DNA of 64,000 bases from Treponemataceae bacterium (lineage in GTDB: Bacteria > Spirochaetota > Spirochaetia > Treponematales > Rectinemataceae). A model generated the notes under the pieces. It was not told the DNA's origin. It ran no database searches and was given only the letters and a program-made list of their open reading frames with translations. Each line of letters starts with the position of its first letter. Position 1 is the stretch's first letter. The position numbers and the translations under genes were made by a program. The DNA lies in assembly GCA_963677895.2 (NCBI GenBank), contig CAXXGJ010000012.1, positions 1 to 64,000 of the forward strand, given 5' to 3'. This document shows positions 18,555 through 28,085 of the stretch, piece by piece.

Positions 18555-19940
18555 TTATCTCCCGTACTTCTTCCAGTGGGCTCCGAATATCTTACTCTCG
18601 TCGGGAATCACCGCTGTAATCGGCTTGGAAACCCAGGTTATATTCAAAAAATGCTTCCAATGTATGTTCTCGTTCGTTATATTCCCCCCCCAGGTGCCAC
18701 AACCGAGTGTGAGGCCGAAGGGCATGCCGTTGTCATAATTTCCGGAATTGCCAAAGGGTTGTGTCTGTCGCACCATCACCCGGCTTACCTTGGCCCTGGT
18801 ACCCAGCTCTAGAACGTGCGAATCGTTCGTGGTATGGATACCGCAGGAGTGTCCATAGCCCGAATATCTAGTTATATCCCTCACAAGGCAGACAGCTTCT
18901 TCGAATTCCTTGTATTTCCATACCGTCAGTACTGGAGAAAGCTTTTCACCCGAGAAGGGGTCACCCAGTCCTACCACATTACTTTCTACCATAAGAAATG
19001 TTATTTCTGGCTTCACCATAATTCCCGCCAGAGCCGCGATTTTTTGCGCATGTTGTCCCACATGGTCCCTTCCCATGTGCACTCCATCAGGCCACATCAG
19101 TTTTTGCAGCTTTTCCTTCTCCTCCTTGTTACATAAGTATCCACCTAGGCTCTGAAAAAGGGAGAGCATCTTGTCGTAGATGCTTTCGTGGAGCACTACT
19201 GAGTTTTCAGAGGAGCAGGAAGTAGCGTTGTCAAATATCTTACCATCACGGATCTTGGTTGCCGCATCTTTTAGATCCGCTGTCTCGTCCACCACAACGG
19301 TAGAGTTGCCCGCACCTACGCCATAAGCGGGCTTCCCGGAAGAATAGGCTACCCTTACGAGGGGAGAGCCACCTGTGGCTATAACAAGGTCTACGCTTCG
19401 CATGAGTTCTTGGGATAGTTCAAGTGTTGGTTCCTTGATATTTAGCACAAGATCCTCCGGCGCTCCTACCTTGCGAAGGCCTGCCCTCATGTACCCTGCG
19501 GCCAAATCACAAGAATCTTTTGCCTTAGGATGGGGAGCGAATATGATCGCATTGCGGCATTTGAGGGCAGGAAGTCCATTACAGGCTATGGTAGAAGTCG
19601 CATTCGTCACTGGAGTTAGCGCACCGATTACTCCAATCGGTTTGGCGATCTTCAATAGGCCCTTTTCCTTGTTGTCCTCTATGACACCTACAGTCTTTAG
19701 GCCGTCCAGATCACGTAGGGTCCCCAGGGTTTTCTTTTGATGCTTTGAAAGTTTGTGTTCGTACACACCCATTCCGGTTTCATCGGCAGCCATGCGGGCG
19801 CATGCTTGGGCATGCTCGTACTTATACACTTCCCAGCCCACAGCGACTACCATCTCATCCACTCTTTCCTGTGACCAGAACTCGATGTGCTCCTGAGCCG
19901 CTCTAGCTCTCGCTATCAGACTTTCCATTATTTCCGACAT
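18555..19940 (-). CDS. CoA-acylating aldehyde dehydrogenase, SauS/SqwD-like
   Basis: KPIGVIGALTPVTN, ATGG, PAYGVGAGN, FDNATSCSSENS, GEKLSP, GHSCGIH, NGMPFGLTLGCGTWGGN..HWKHFLNITW; ATG 19940. Confidence 0.85.
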   Translation of the reverse strand: MSEIMESLIARARAAQEHIEFWSQERVDEMVVAVGWEVYKYEHAQACARMAADETGMGVYEHKLSKHQKKTLGTLRDLDGLKTVGVIEDNKEKGLLKIAKPIGVIGALTPVTNATSTIACNGLPALKCRNAIIFAPHPKAKDSCDLAAGYMRAGLRKVGAPEDLVLNIKEPTLELSQELMRSVDLVIATGGSPLVRVAYSSGKPAYGVGAGNSTVVVDETADLKDAATKIRDGKIFDNATSCSSENSVVLHESIYDKMLSLFQSLGGYLCNKEEKEKLQKLMWPDGVHMGRDHVGQHAQKIAALAGIMVKPEITFLMVESNVVGLGDPFSGEKLSPVLTVWKYKEFEEAVCLVRDITRYSGYGHSCGIHTTNDSHVLELGTRAKVSRVMVRQTQPFGNSGNYDNGMPFGLTLGCGTWGGNITNENIHWKHFLNITWVSKPITAVIPDESKIFGAHWKKYGR

Positions 19941-19942
19941 TG

Positions 19943-20896
19943 TTAAGCTTGCCTCCGCTTGAGATAGCGGTCCAGGAGTACGGCGAGGAGGATGATCACA
20001 CCTTTGGCCACCAGCTGGAAATGCGCGTCCACGGCCATGAGATTGAATCCGTTGTTGAGGATCCCGATGATGAAGGCGCCCACCATGGTGCCCCAGATGG
20101 TGCCTCTTCCGCCCATGAGGCTCGTTCCCCCCAGGATCACCGCCGCGATGGCGTCGAGCTCGAATCCTTCCCCCGTATTGGGCTGGGCGGATGAGAGACG
20201 TCCCATGAGAACCATGCCCGCGAGGGCGGTGAGCATTCCCCCCGTGACGTAGACCAGGAATTTGACTTTTCCTACCTTGATCCCAGAAAGACGGCTCGCT
20301 TCCTCGTTTCCTCCCACGGAATAGATGTGGGCTCCAAAAGCCGTCCTGGTCAGAAGGAAATCCATGAGAACGACCACCGCGACCATCACGATCACCGGCA
20401 CTGGGATGCCCAGCACCAGGCCCTGGCCAAGCGAGAGGAATCCCCCTTCGAACCTGATGATCGGCGTTCCACCGGTGATGATCAGGGCGATTCCCCGGTA
20501 GATGGTGAGGCCCGCCAGGGTGGCTATGAAGGGCGGAATTCCGGCCACTGCCACGAAAGCGCCATTGAAGGCTCCTGCCGCGCCGCCCACAAGGATTCCA
20601 GCGCCTATCCCCAATAAGGATGAGCCGGTCGCCTCGATGATGATCATGGCGACACAGCTGGAAAGCGCTACCAGAGACCCTACCGATAGGTCGATGCCGG
20701 CCGTGATGATGATGAAGGTCATGCCCGCCGCGATGATGGTGTTGATGGAAACCTGCCGCGCCACGTTGATGAGGTTGGGAACCGTGAGAAATGACTTGTT
20801 CGCCAGGGCCATGGCCAAGGTTATGACGAAGAGGACACCAAACGAACCATAACGGGCCAGAACTGTTGTAAGACCACTTTTCTGCTGCGTTTTCAT
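19943..20896 (-). CDS. Ribose-type (RbsC-like) sugar ABC permease
   Basis: GIDLSVGS, IPPFIATL, GGNEEASRLSGI, ELDAIAAVILGGTSL. Confidence 0.92.
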   Translation of the reverse strand: MKTQQKSGLTTVLARYGSFGVLFVITLAMALANKSFLTVPNLINVARQVSINTIIAAGMTFIIITAGIDLSVGSLVALSSCVAMIIIEATGSSLLGIGAGILVGGAAGAFNGAFVAVAGIPPFIATLAGLTIYRGIALIITGGTPIIRFEGGFLSLGQGLVLGIPVPVIVMVAVVVLMDFLLTRTAFGAHIYSVGGNEEASRLSGIKVGKVKFLVYVTGGMLTALAGMVLMGRLSSAQPNTGEGFELDAIAAVILGGTSLMGGRGTIWGTMVGAFIIGILNNGFNLMAVDAHFQLVAKGVIILLAVLLDRYLKRRQA

Positions 20897-22467
20897 ATCC
20901 CTTCACTCCCATTCCGGTTCATTTGGCTTTCACCGAGGCCCGACGCGTAGCCGAGAACCCGTTCCTGGCTGGCATCCTCCCTGGAGAGGGAGGCGACAAA
21001 TCTTCTTTCATGCATGACATAGAGTCGATCGCTCATGGAAAGCAGCTCGGGAAGATCGGAGGATATGAGGATAATCCCCTTTCCTTCCCGGCACAGGGCG
21101 TTCATCTGCTGGTACATCTCCAGCTTGGCCCCTACATCGATTCCTCTGGTGGGTTCGTCGAGGATGATGATTTTACCTCTCCGGGCAAGCCATTTCGCTA
21201 GAACCGCCTTCTGCTGGTTTCCGCCGCTCAGCGTGGCGATGTCTGCCGAATCCGAGGGGCACTTGATGGACAGTCTCCCTATGTAATCAGCGGATACGGC
21301 GGCCTGTCGGCGACGATCGACGATGCCGAAACGGGAAACCCAATCGAGAATGGTAATCGTTATGTTATGAAGAACCGATCTGCCCGAGATGAGCCCATGG
21401 TCCTTCCTGTTCTCCGGTACCATGCCTATCCCCAGGTCTCGCGCGTGGCGGGGTGAGTTGACCAAAACCTCGGTACCGCTGATTTTCATCCTTATTTCCG
21501 GGTCAGGATCGGCGCCGAAGGCTTTTCGGGCCCATTCCGTTCTTCCAGCCCCAACAAGTCCGGCCAACCCGACGACCTCGCCCTTGCGAAGCGTCAGGAG
21601 AATCCCCTCAGGGCCGGATACGCCGTCTTTCGCCTCCAGAAGAATCTCTCCGGGGCTTACGGCCTCTTTCGGATAGTGGTTGCCGATGGACCGTCCGACC
21701 ATGCGGGAAATGAGTTCGGGAAGAGAAAGCTCACCCGCCGGTCCGCTGTACACGCTTTTCCCGTCCCGCATGACTGTCACGCGGTCGGCTATTCGTGAAA
21801 TCTCCTCGAGACGATGGGATATGTAGAGAATGCCGACTCCCGCCTTTTTCAGGGTTTCTATCTTTCCGAAAAGGAGGTTGATTTCTGTTTCCGTCAGGGA
21901 TGCCGTCGGTTCGTCCATCAGGATAAAACGGGCATTGCGGGAAAAGGCTCGGGAAATTTCCACAAGCTGTTGTTCCGCCATGCCGAGATTTCCTGCCAGT
22001 GCGCTCGGGTCAAGAGAGAGGCCAAGGGTGGAGAAGACCTCGCTCGCTTTCCTATGGAGCTTCTTTGGGGACATGACGAATCGGCCGACCATCCTTTCCC
22101 TGCCCAGGAAAAGGTTGTGAGCCACCGAGAGCCAGGGCACGAGACTCAGCTCCTGGTAAATCGCCGCGATGCCCGTCTCCGAAGCGGCCCTTGGATCCTT
22201 GAGGTGGACCTCATGCCCGTCAAGCAGGATTCGCCCCGAATCGGGTTGAAGCGCCCCGCTCAGGATCTTGAGGAGGGTAGACTTACCGGCGCCGTTCTCG
22301 CCCAGGATCGCGTGTACTTCTCCCCTTCGCAGGGAGAAGGAGACATCGTCCAGGGCCTGGACGCCGGGGAAGCCCTTGGATATTCCCTCAACCGAAAGCC
22401 CCGCGGGGAGCCCCGCAGGGCTCCCCGAAGCTCCCTGCGGAGTCCCGAGGCCATCGTTGTCTGACAC
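20893..22467 (-). CDS. Sugar ABC ATP-binding protein (RbsA-like)
   Basis: GENGAGKST, MDEPT, YISH, LSGGNQQK, DEPTRGIDVGAK. Start uncertain (GTG 22467 or ATG 22491). Confidence 0.9.
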   Translation of the reverse strand: MSDNDGLGTPQGASGSPAGLPAGLSVEGISKGFPGVQALDDVSFSLRRGEVHAILGENGAGKSTLLKILSGALQPDSGRILLDGHEVHLKDPRAASETGIAAIYQELSLVPWLSVAHNLFLGRERMVGRFVMSPKKLHRKASEVFSTLGLSLDPSALAGNLGMAEQQLVEISRAFSRNARFILMDEPTASLTETEINLLFGKIETLKKAGVGILYISHRLEEISRIADRVTVMRDGKSVYSGPAGELSLPELISRMVGRSIGNHYPKEAVSPGEILLEAKDGVSGPEGILLTLRKGEVVGLAGLVGAGRTEWARKAFGADPDPEIRMKISGTEVLVNSPRHARDLGIGMVPENRKDHGLISGRSVLHNITITILDWVSRFGIVDRRRQAAVSADYIGRLSIKCPSDSADIATLSGGNQQKAVLAKWLARRGKIIILDEPTRGIDVGAKLEMYQQMNALCREGKGIILISSDLPELLSMSDRLYVMHERRFVASLSREDASQERVLGYASGLGESQMNRNGSEGI

Positions 22468-22468
22468 C

Positions 22469-23374
22469 TTACTTTCTGAATTGTCCGACATTTTCTTTGG
22501 TAACAAATGATACATCCATGATCTTCATTGCCTGGACCTGCTTGCCGGCAAGAACTTCCTTCGCGAACTGAACGCCGATCTTTCCGATATCGTAGGGAGG
22601 AAGCGCGATTGTCATGTACAGTTTCCCCTCCGCTACCGCCTTGAGGGCATCGGGATTGGCGTCCATGCCGGTGATTTTGATGGTTCTGCTCATTGAGGAA
22701 GCCGCGGCGAGGGCGCCCATGGCCATTTCGTCATTCAGGCAGAGGATGGCCTCGGCGTCCGGGTATCGCAGAAGCAGGTTTTCGGCGACGGGCAGGGATT
22801 TGGCACGGTCATAGTAGCCGGTCTGGGAGGCGAGCACCTGGATGTTCGGATATTTGGGAAGAGTAGCGTTGATCCCCTTTATCCTGTCCTCGGAGGAAGC
22901 GGCCCCTGGCGTACCGGTGAGAATAAGTACCTTGGAAGCCTTTCCCTGCAAGGTCTTCGCATACCAGTGGATGAGCTGCTCTCCTAAAACCACGTTATTG
23001 GTGCCGATGAAGGAAGTCATATTACCGGAGCCAAGATTCCTTTGGAGGGCCATGACGGGGATCCCCTTGGCCATCGCTTTCTGGGCCAGTGGAATGGCTC
23101 CGTCATCCACCCCGTTGATGAGAAGAACGCGGATATTCTTAGTGAGCGCGTCCTCGACATCGGCCACCTGTTTTTCGATCTTGTTCTGGGCATCCAGGAT
23201 GATTACTTCGTAGCCGAGAGCGGCGGCCTCGTCCTTCACTCCCTGGGCCATGGTCGCGTAGAACGGGTTGCTTGTGGTAGAGACGCTGAACGCGATGAGA
23301 ACCGGCGCCGCGAACAAGGCGGGAACGATCAACAGCAGCGCAGCCGCAACCAAGAATAATTTCTTTCCCTTCAT
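22469..23374 (-). CDS. Sugar ABC substrate-binding protein (RbsB-like)
   Basis: Signal peptide, NPFY, GTPGAASSEDRIKG, NDEMAMGA; AGGAGG RBS. Confidence 0.9.
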   Translation of the reverse strand: MKGKKLFLVAAALLLIVPALFAAPVLIAFSVSTTSNPFYATMAQGVKDEAAALGYEVIILDAQNKIEKQVADVEDALTKNIRVLLINGVDDGAIPLAQKAMAKGIPVMALQRNLGSGNMTSFIGTNNVVLGEQLIHWYAKTLQGKASKVLILTGTPGAASSEDRIKGINATLPKYPNIQVLASQTGYYDRAKSLPVAENLLLRYPDAEAILCLNDEMAMGALAAASSMSRTIKITGMDANPDALKAVAEGKLYMTIALPPYDIGKIGVQFAKEVLAGKQVQAMKIMDVSFVTKENVGQFRK

Positions 23375-23455
23375 GTAACTACCTCCTAAACTTTAGGCCG
23401 CTTCGGCGGTCTATTGACACAGACCTGGAAACAGAATAATCCCCAATAGTTGTAG

Positions 23456-23530
23456 ATTGTACAATTCAATTGCTCACATGTCAAATTCTTTCTTCATTTA
23501 ATTGACTAATAATAAATACGATTGTACAAT
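23456..23530. promoter_or_regulatory. Back-to-back sigma70 promoters, each -10 inside the palindrome ATTGTACAAT
   Basis: Minus strand: TTGACA (23484-23479)-17-TACAAT (23461-23456). Plus strand: TTGACT (23502-23507)-17-TACAAT (23525-23530). Confidence 0.75.
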
Positions 23531-23537
23531 AGCCACT

Positions 23538-25415
23538 ATGAACACGAACGGAATGGAGATTCGCGCTCAAGCGATAGTCAGGAACGGCTGCGTCAGAACC
23601 GCGGTCGAAAAAGGGGATATACCCCAGTTCGAGGCTGTCTCGATGAGCGAAGCGCTGATTATCGGGCTGTTGAATCAGGGGGTCAGGAAATTTCTTGGCG
23701 TGTTTGGCCACGGGAGCACCGTCCTTGGAGAAGTGCTTTCTTGTTATGAAAGGGCCGGGGCCTTGCGCATGTGGAACCTTCGCAACGAAACCGAGGCGGC
23801 TCACTGCGCCACCATGCTGAAATGGCATTATGGGGAGACCGCCGCGGTCGTTACATCCATTGGTCCGGGCGCCCTCCACGCCTTTGCCGGTTCATTGGCA
23901 TCGGCCTCGAACGGGATCGGTGTCTACCATATATACGGGGACGAAACCACCCACGACGAGGGACCCAATATGCAGCAGATTCCCATCGGAAGGCAGGGAG
24001 GCTTCCTATCCCTGGCGAACACGATGGGATCGGGGTATCAGATCCATACGCCGGAATCTGTATTCACGGCCTTGAGGCTGGGAGCTTCCACGGTTTTCAA
24101 CCCTGATTTCCCGGGACCTTTTTTCCTCCTTCTTCCCATGAATATTCAGTCGGCGGTGATGGAGGCGTGCAATCTTCTGGAACTCCCGATGCCTCCTCGG
24201 TACGCTCCCGCCGCTTGCGTCGACCAGGAGATTTTCGCGGAAGCCACCCGCCTGGTTAGCGCCGCGAGCGCCGTGACCATTAAATTCGGGGGTGGGGCGG
24301 CGGACTGCGGGCCTGAGATGGTCGAACTGGCTGAGCTTTTGGACGCCGTGATCGTTCCCGGGGCAAAGATGAGCGGCGTGGTTCCCTATTCCTCCCGGAG
24401 GTTCATGGCGGTGGGCGGCTCAAAGGGAAGCGTCTGCGGAAATTTTGCCATGAATGAAGCCGACTTGGCGATAGTGATCGGCGCCAGGGCCGTATGCCAG
24501 TGGGATTGTTCGGGAACGGCGTGGAAGAAGGCGCGGGCTGTGGTCAATTTCAATACCCGAGCCGTGGACGCGGGGCATTACAATCGAACGGTCGCTTTCA
24601 TCGGCGACGCGCGGAGCAATCTACGGTCCTGGATAGACTATCTCAAGAAAGCGGGTTTTGCGCCGAAAACAGGCACATCACCCTGGATCGAGGCCAATCT
24701 GGCCAAAAAACAGGAATGGCAGGAGCTGAAGAGTAAGCGTTTTTCAAATCCCGCCCTTTTCGACCCTATCTGGGGGAGGGAGGTGCTCACCCAGCCCGCG
24801 GCCATAGAGACTGCCTACCGGTTCGCGGTTGAAAAGGGGGCGGCGCGGTACTTCGACGCCGGCGACGTGCAGGCCAATGGCTTCCAGATAGTGGAGGACG
24901 AGGCCGCCGGACTCACCTTCTCGGATACGGGGTCGTCCTATATGGGGCTTGCGGCGAGCAGCCTTCTCTGCACCGCCATGGCGGACAAGCCGGTTTACAC
25001 CTTCGCCTTCAGCGGCGACGGCAGTTTCACCATGACTCCCCAGATCATCTTCGATGGGGTAGAGCACGGGGCGCGGGGCTGCCTCATCATCTTCGACAAC
25101 CGGAGCATGGGGGCTATTGCCGGACTCCAGATGGCTCAATATGGGCATGCCTACCGGACGAACGATTCCGTGGATATCGACTATACGGCCCTGGCGGGAT
25201 CGGTGAAGGGAGTGAACGCTCTCTTTGGCGGCTACGATGCCCTCTCGTTCAAGGAAGCTCTCAAAAAAGCTTACGCGTACGACGGACTCTCCGTGGTCAC
25301 CGTACCCGTCTATATCGGGGATGACGAACTCGGCGGCCTCGGAGTCTATGGAAGCTGGAACGTCGGAAACTGGTGTATGGAAGTGCAGAAAGAGCACCAC
25401 CGGATCGGGCTCTAA
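23538..25415 (+). CDS. ThDP-dependent enzyme, IolD-like acylhydrolase (divergent)
   Basis: GVFGHGS, RNETEAAH, TSIGPGA, SYMG, GDGSFTM..NRSMGAI (GDG..N ThDP motif). Confidence 0.8.
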   Translation: MNTNGMEIRAQAIVRNGCVRTAVEKGDIPQFEAVSMSEALIIGLLNQGVRKFLGVFGHGSTVLGEVLSCYERAGALRMWNLRNETEAAHCATMLKWHYGETAAVVTSIGPGALHAFAGSLASASNGIGVYHIYGDETTHDEGPNMQQIPIGRQGGFLSLANTMGSGYQIHTPESVFTALRLGASTVFNPDFPGPFFLLLPMNIQSAVMEACNLLELPMPPRYAPAACVDQEIFAEATRLVSAASAVTIKFGGGAADCGPEMVELAELLDAVIVPGAKMSGVVPYSSRRFMAVGGSKGSVCGNFAMNEADLAIVIGARAVCQWDCSGTAWKKARAVVNFNTRAVDAGHYNRTVAFIGDARSNLRSWIDYLKKAGFAPKTGTSPWIEANLAKKQEWQELKSKRFSNPALFDPIWGREVLTQPAAIETAYRFAVEKGAARYFDAGDVQANGFQIVEDEAAGLTFSDTGSSYMGLAASSLLCTAMADKPVYTFAFSGDGSFTMTPQIIFDGVEHGARGCLIIFDNRSMGAIAGLQMAQYGHAYRTNDSVDIDYTALAGSVKGVNALFGGYDALSFKEALKKAYAYDGLSVVTVPVYIGDDELGGLGVYGSWNVGNWCMEVQKEHHRIGL

Positions 25416-25434
25416 AACTGATAAGGGGGAATAC

Positions 25435-26070
25435 GTGAGGGTAGCCGTAGTAAACGAGATCAGCGCGGCCGACAAGAATGCCGCCATCATATTGGCGCTG
25501 AAGGGACGAGGTCTTGAGGTTGTCAACGCGGGGATGACGAGCAAGGGCGACGAACCCCAGTTGCTCTATACCCATACCGGCTTCATATCCGCTCTGCTTA
25601 TCCATCTGAACGTCGCGGACCTGGTGATTGGGGGCTGCGGCACCGGTCAGGGCTATCTGAATGCCGTCATGCAGTACCCGGAAGTAACCTGCGGCCATAT
25701 CCTCTCCCCGCTGGACGCCTGGCTTTTCGCCCGCATAAACAGCGGGAATTGCGTATCCCTCGCTCTCAATCAGGGCTACGGCTGGGCGGGAGATATAAAC
25801 CTCGGGTTCATCTTCGACCGTCTCTTTTCGGTCGAATGGGGTTCGGGATACCCTGAAGAGCGGCGGGAGCCGCAGAAAGAATCCAGGGAAGCGCTCAAGG
25901 CCATATCCAAGGCAACGCACCGGAGTTTTCCGGAGATTATTCTCTCCCTTCCCGATGCGATCATTCTTCCCGCCCTGGAACACCTTGTTTCAAGGGGAAT
26001 CCTGGATATCGGCTCACCGGGGAATGAAGCGGTCAAAAATGCCATCACTGCGCGGCTGGGGAGGAAATAA
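25435..26070 (+). CDS. RpiB/LacA/LacB family sugar isomerase (long type)
   Basis: VVNEISAADKN, GGCGTGQG, NSGNCVSL, GYGWAGDINL; GTG after AAGGGGG. Confidence 0.85.
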   Translation: MRVAVVNEISAADKNAAIILALKGRGLEVVNAGMTSKGDEPQLLYTHTGFISALLIHLNVADLVIGGCGTGQGYLNAVMQYPEVTCGHILSPLDAWLFARINSGNCVSLALNQGYGWAGDINLGFIFDRLFSVEWGSGYPEERREPQKESREALKAISKATHRSFPEIILSLPDAIILPALEHLVSRGILDIGSPGNEAVKNAITARLGRK

Positions 26071-26071
26071 A

Positions 26072-28039
26072 ATGGAAGTTGAGGCCATGAACGAAGGTCT
26101 TCTCTCCCTCCTGCGAATCAAGGACTCCGACATCCGAATCCTCTGCCTTGAACAGGGGAGGGACGCGATCGACAGGGGCATCCACATAGGCGGGGCATTT
26201 TCCGCCGTTGTTCCGTTGGTGGCTCTTTACCATGGCGGCGTCATGCGGTATTCGGTGGAGGAACCGACCAAGATCGGGCAGGACATGTTCGTCCTCAGCA
26301 AGGGTCATGCCGTAGCCGCCCTCGCTTCCGTCTATGCCGATCTCGGCTACTTCGACAGAAGCATCCTGAAGAATTCCCGTTCGCGTGAAAGCATCCTGAA
26401 CGGCCATCCCGGCCCATTGCTTCCCGGTATCCATATCGCGACAGGGCCGGAAGGGCATGGGCTCGGCGTCGCCCAGGGATTTGCCCTGGCCGGCAAGGAA
26501 GATCCCCGGTTCGACGTTTTCTGCCTGACCGGGGACGGTGAGCTCCAGGCAGGGATGATCTGGGAAGCGGTGATGTTCGCCGGAGGCAAAAAACTGGACA
26601 ACCTCTGCCTCCTGGTTGACCTGAACGGAGGACAGCTGGACAATCCACGTGCGATGGCCTTTCCAATGAACGGCGTGGAAGGCTGGTTCGAATCCTTCGG
26701 CTGGAACGTGGCGTCGGTGGACAGCTCGGATTATGGCGCCGTCCTGCGGGCTTTGCGCGAATTCAAGGGGAACCCCCGGAATGGAAAGCCCACCGCCATC
26801 ATCTGCCGGACAAGGAAGGGGTTTGGAGGCTTTTCGAGCTTCTGCGTGAGCCACAAGGGGGATATCTCCGCCGAGCTGGCCGCCCAGGAGATCGGGTTTC
26901 AGGAGAGGCGGAGGCAACTCCGTATCGAACGATACCGGGAGATTTCTGGCTCCGACCTTCGCGTGGATGAAGCCGGCTCGCGGGTCCGGAAGGCCGAGCC
27001 AAGGGACAAGAACATCCCTTACGACCCGACGCGGCTTCCCGTGCTCGACACCTCCCGCACCTACATGGCTAGTTGGGTGGTAACGGAATGCATGAAAGAG
27101 TTCGGCAGGTCAGGGAAGATCGCGACGGTCGACGCCGACCTCGCCTCCACCAGCGGCCTGGAGGGAGGCCTCTCGTGGGCTGATTCCACGAAAGCCTTCA
27201 ATGTCGGGGTGGCGGAATCCAACATGATGAACGTGGGCGAGGCCCTGGCGGTGCTCGGCTACAATACCTGGGTCAGCACCTTCTGCCCCTTTTTCGACTG
27301 GCGCGTGATGCGAAGGATCGCGATAGGATACCAGGAGCGCAGGGAAGTGATCGAGTCCGGAGGATGGCTCTCGGATGGCCACAATCTCGACCTGACCTTC
27401 CTCGCCACCGCCCCGAATTTCGAGACCAGGACGAACGGATCCACCCACATGGGGAATGACGATGCCCTCGTATTCAGCGAAATCGCCCATCTGAAAATCG
27501 TCGACATATCTTGCCCGAACCAGCTGATCGGGTTCATGAAGTGGGTCATGGAAGGCAATAAAGGGCTAGTCTACGCCCGGATCATGCGGGCCGCGTCCGC
27601 TGTTATCCACGGCCGGGACTTCGTCTTCAGCTATGGAACAGGGTACCGGGTCAGAGGAGGGGCGGACGATGAAGCCGTCATCGTTTCCAGCGGGCGCGGG
27701 GTCCACGAGGCGCTCTCGGCGGCGGCGCTTCTGGAAAAGGAAGGGATCCGCGTTGGCGTGATCGACATGCCTTCTTTCGATCCCAGACTTATGACCGCGC
27801 TCTGGAAAGATGGTAAACTCATCATCGTGGCCGAGCAGAACAATGGTTATCTCTACAAGATGACCAAGGAACTTCTTTTTGGTAAAGAGGGAACCGGGCG
27901 CGTCGTTCCCATCAACGCTCTGGATACGGAGGGGGAGCGCCAGTTTATCCATTCGGCAACCTACGATCAGCTTCTGGACCAGTTTGGACTTTCCCCCGCG
28001 GGGATCGCGCAGAAGATTCGCGAGGAACTGGGCCGCTGA
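26072..28039 (+). CDS. Transketolase (single chain)
   Basis: HIGGAFS, FVLSKGH, NGHP, GDGELQAG, DADL..ST, NVGVAESNM, NGSTHM, EQN. Confidence 0.88.
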   Translation: MEVEAMNEGLLSLLRIKDSDIRILCLEQGRDAIDRGIHIGGAFSAVVPLVALYHGGVMRYSVEEPTKIGQDMFVLSKGHAVAALASVYADLGYFDRSILKNSRSRESILNGHPGPLLPGIHIATGPEGHGLGVAQGFALAGKEDPRFDVFCLTGDGELQAGMIWEAVMFAGGKKLDNLCLLVDLNGGQLDNPRAMAFPMNGVEGWFESFGWNVASVDSSDYGAVLRALREFKGNPRNGKPTAIICRTRKGFGGFSSFCVSHKGDISAELAAQEIGFQERRRQLRIERYREISGSDLRVDEAGSRVRKAEPRDKNIPYDPTRLPVLDTSRTYMASWVVTECMKEFGRSGKIATVDADLASTSGLEGGLSWADSTKAFNVGVAESNMMNVGEALAVLGYNTWVSTFCPFFDWRVMRRIAIGYQERREVIESGGWLSDGHNLDLTFLATAPNFETRTNGSTHMGNDDALVFSEIAHLKIVDISCPNQLIGFMKWVMEGNKGLVYARIMRAASAVIHGRDFVFSYGTGYRVRGGADDEAVIVSSGRGVHEALSAAALLEKEGIRVGVIDMPSFDPRLMTALWKDGKLIIVAEQNNGYLYKMTKELLFGKEGTGRVVPINALDTEGERQFIHSATYDQLLDQFGLSPAGIAQKIREELGR

Positions 28040-28085
28040 AACAGGCGATGGGTGCTCGAAACCGCGAAGCAGGAAGTGACAGGGA

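Noticed and set aside
19941..20912. Permease-aldehyde dehydrogenase fusion suggested by the 785-aa ORF
   Set aside because: The permease is in a different frame with its own stop at 19943; the extension is an off-frame shadow.
22395..22450. GC-rich quasi-palindromic repeats (GGGGAGCCCCGCAGGGCTCCCC)
   Set aside because: They lie in the low-complexity N-terminus of the ABC ATPase; there is too little support for a separate element.
23538..25415. Assigning the symbols iolD or xsc
   Set aside because: The sequence is divergent and partner genes (iolB/C/E, pta) are absent, so the family-level call is kept.
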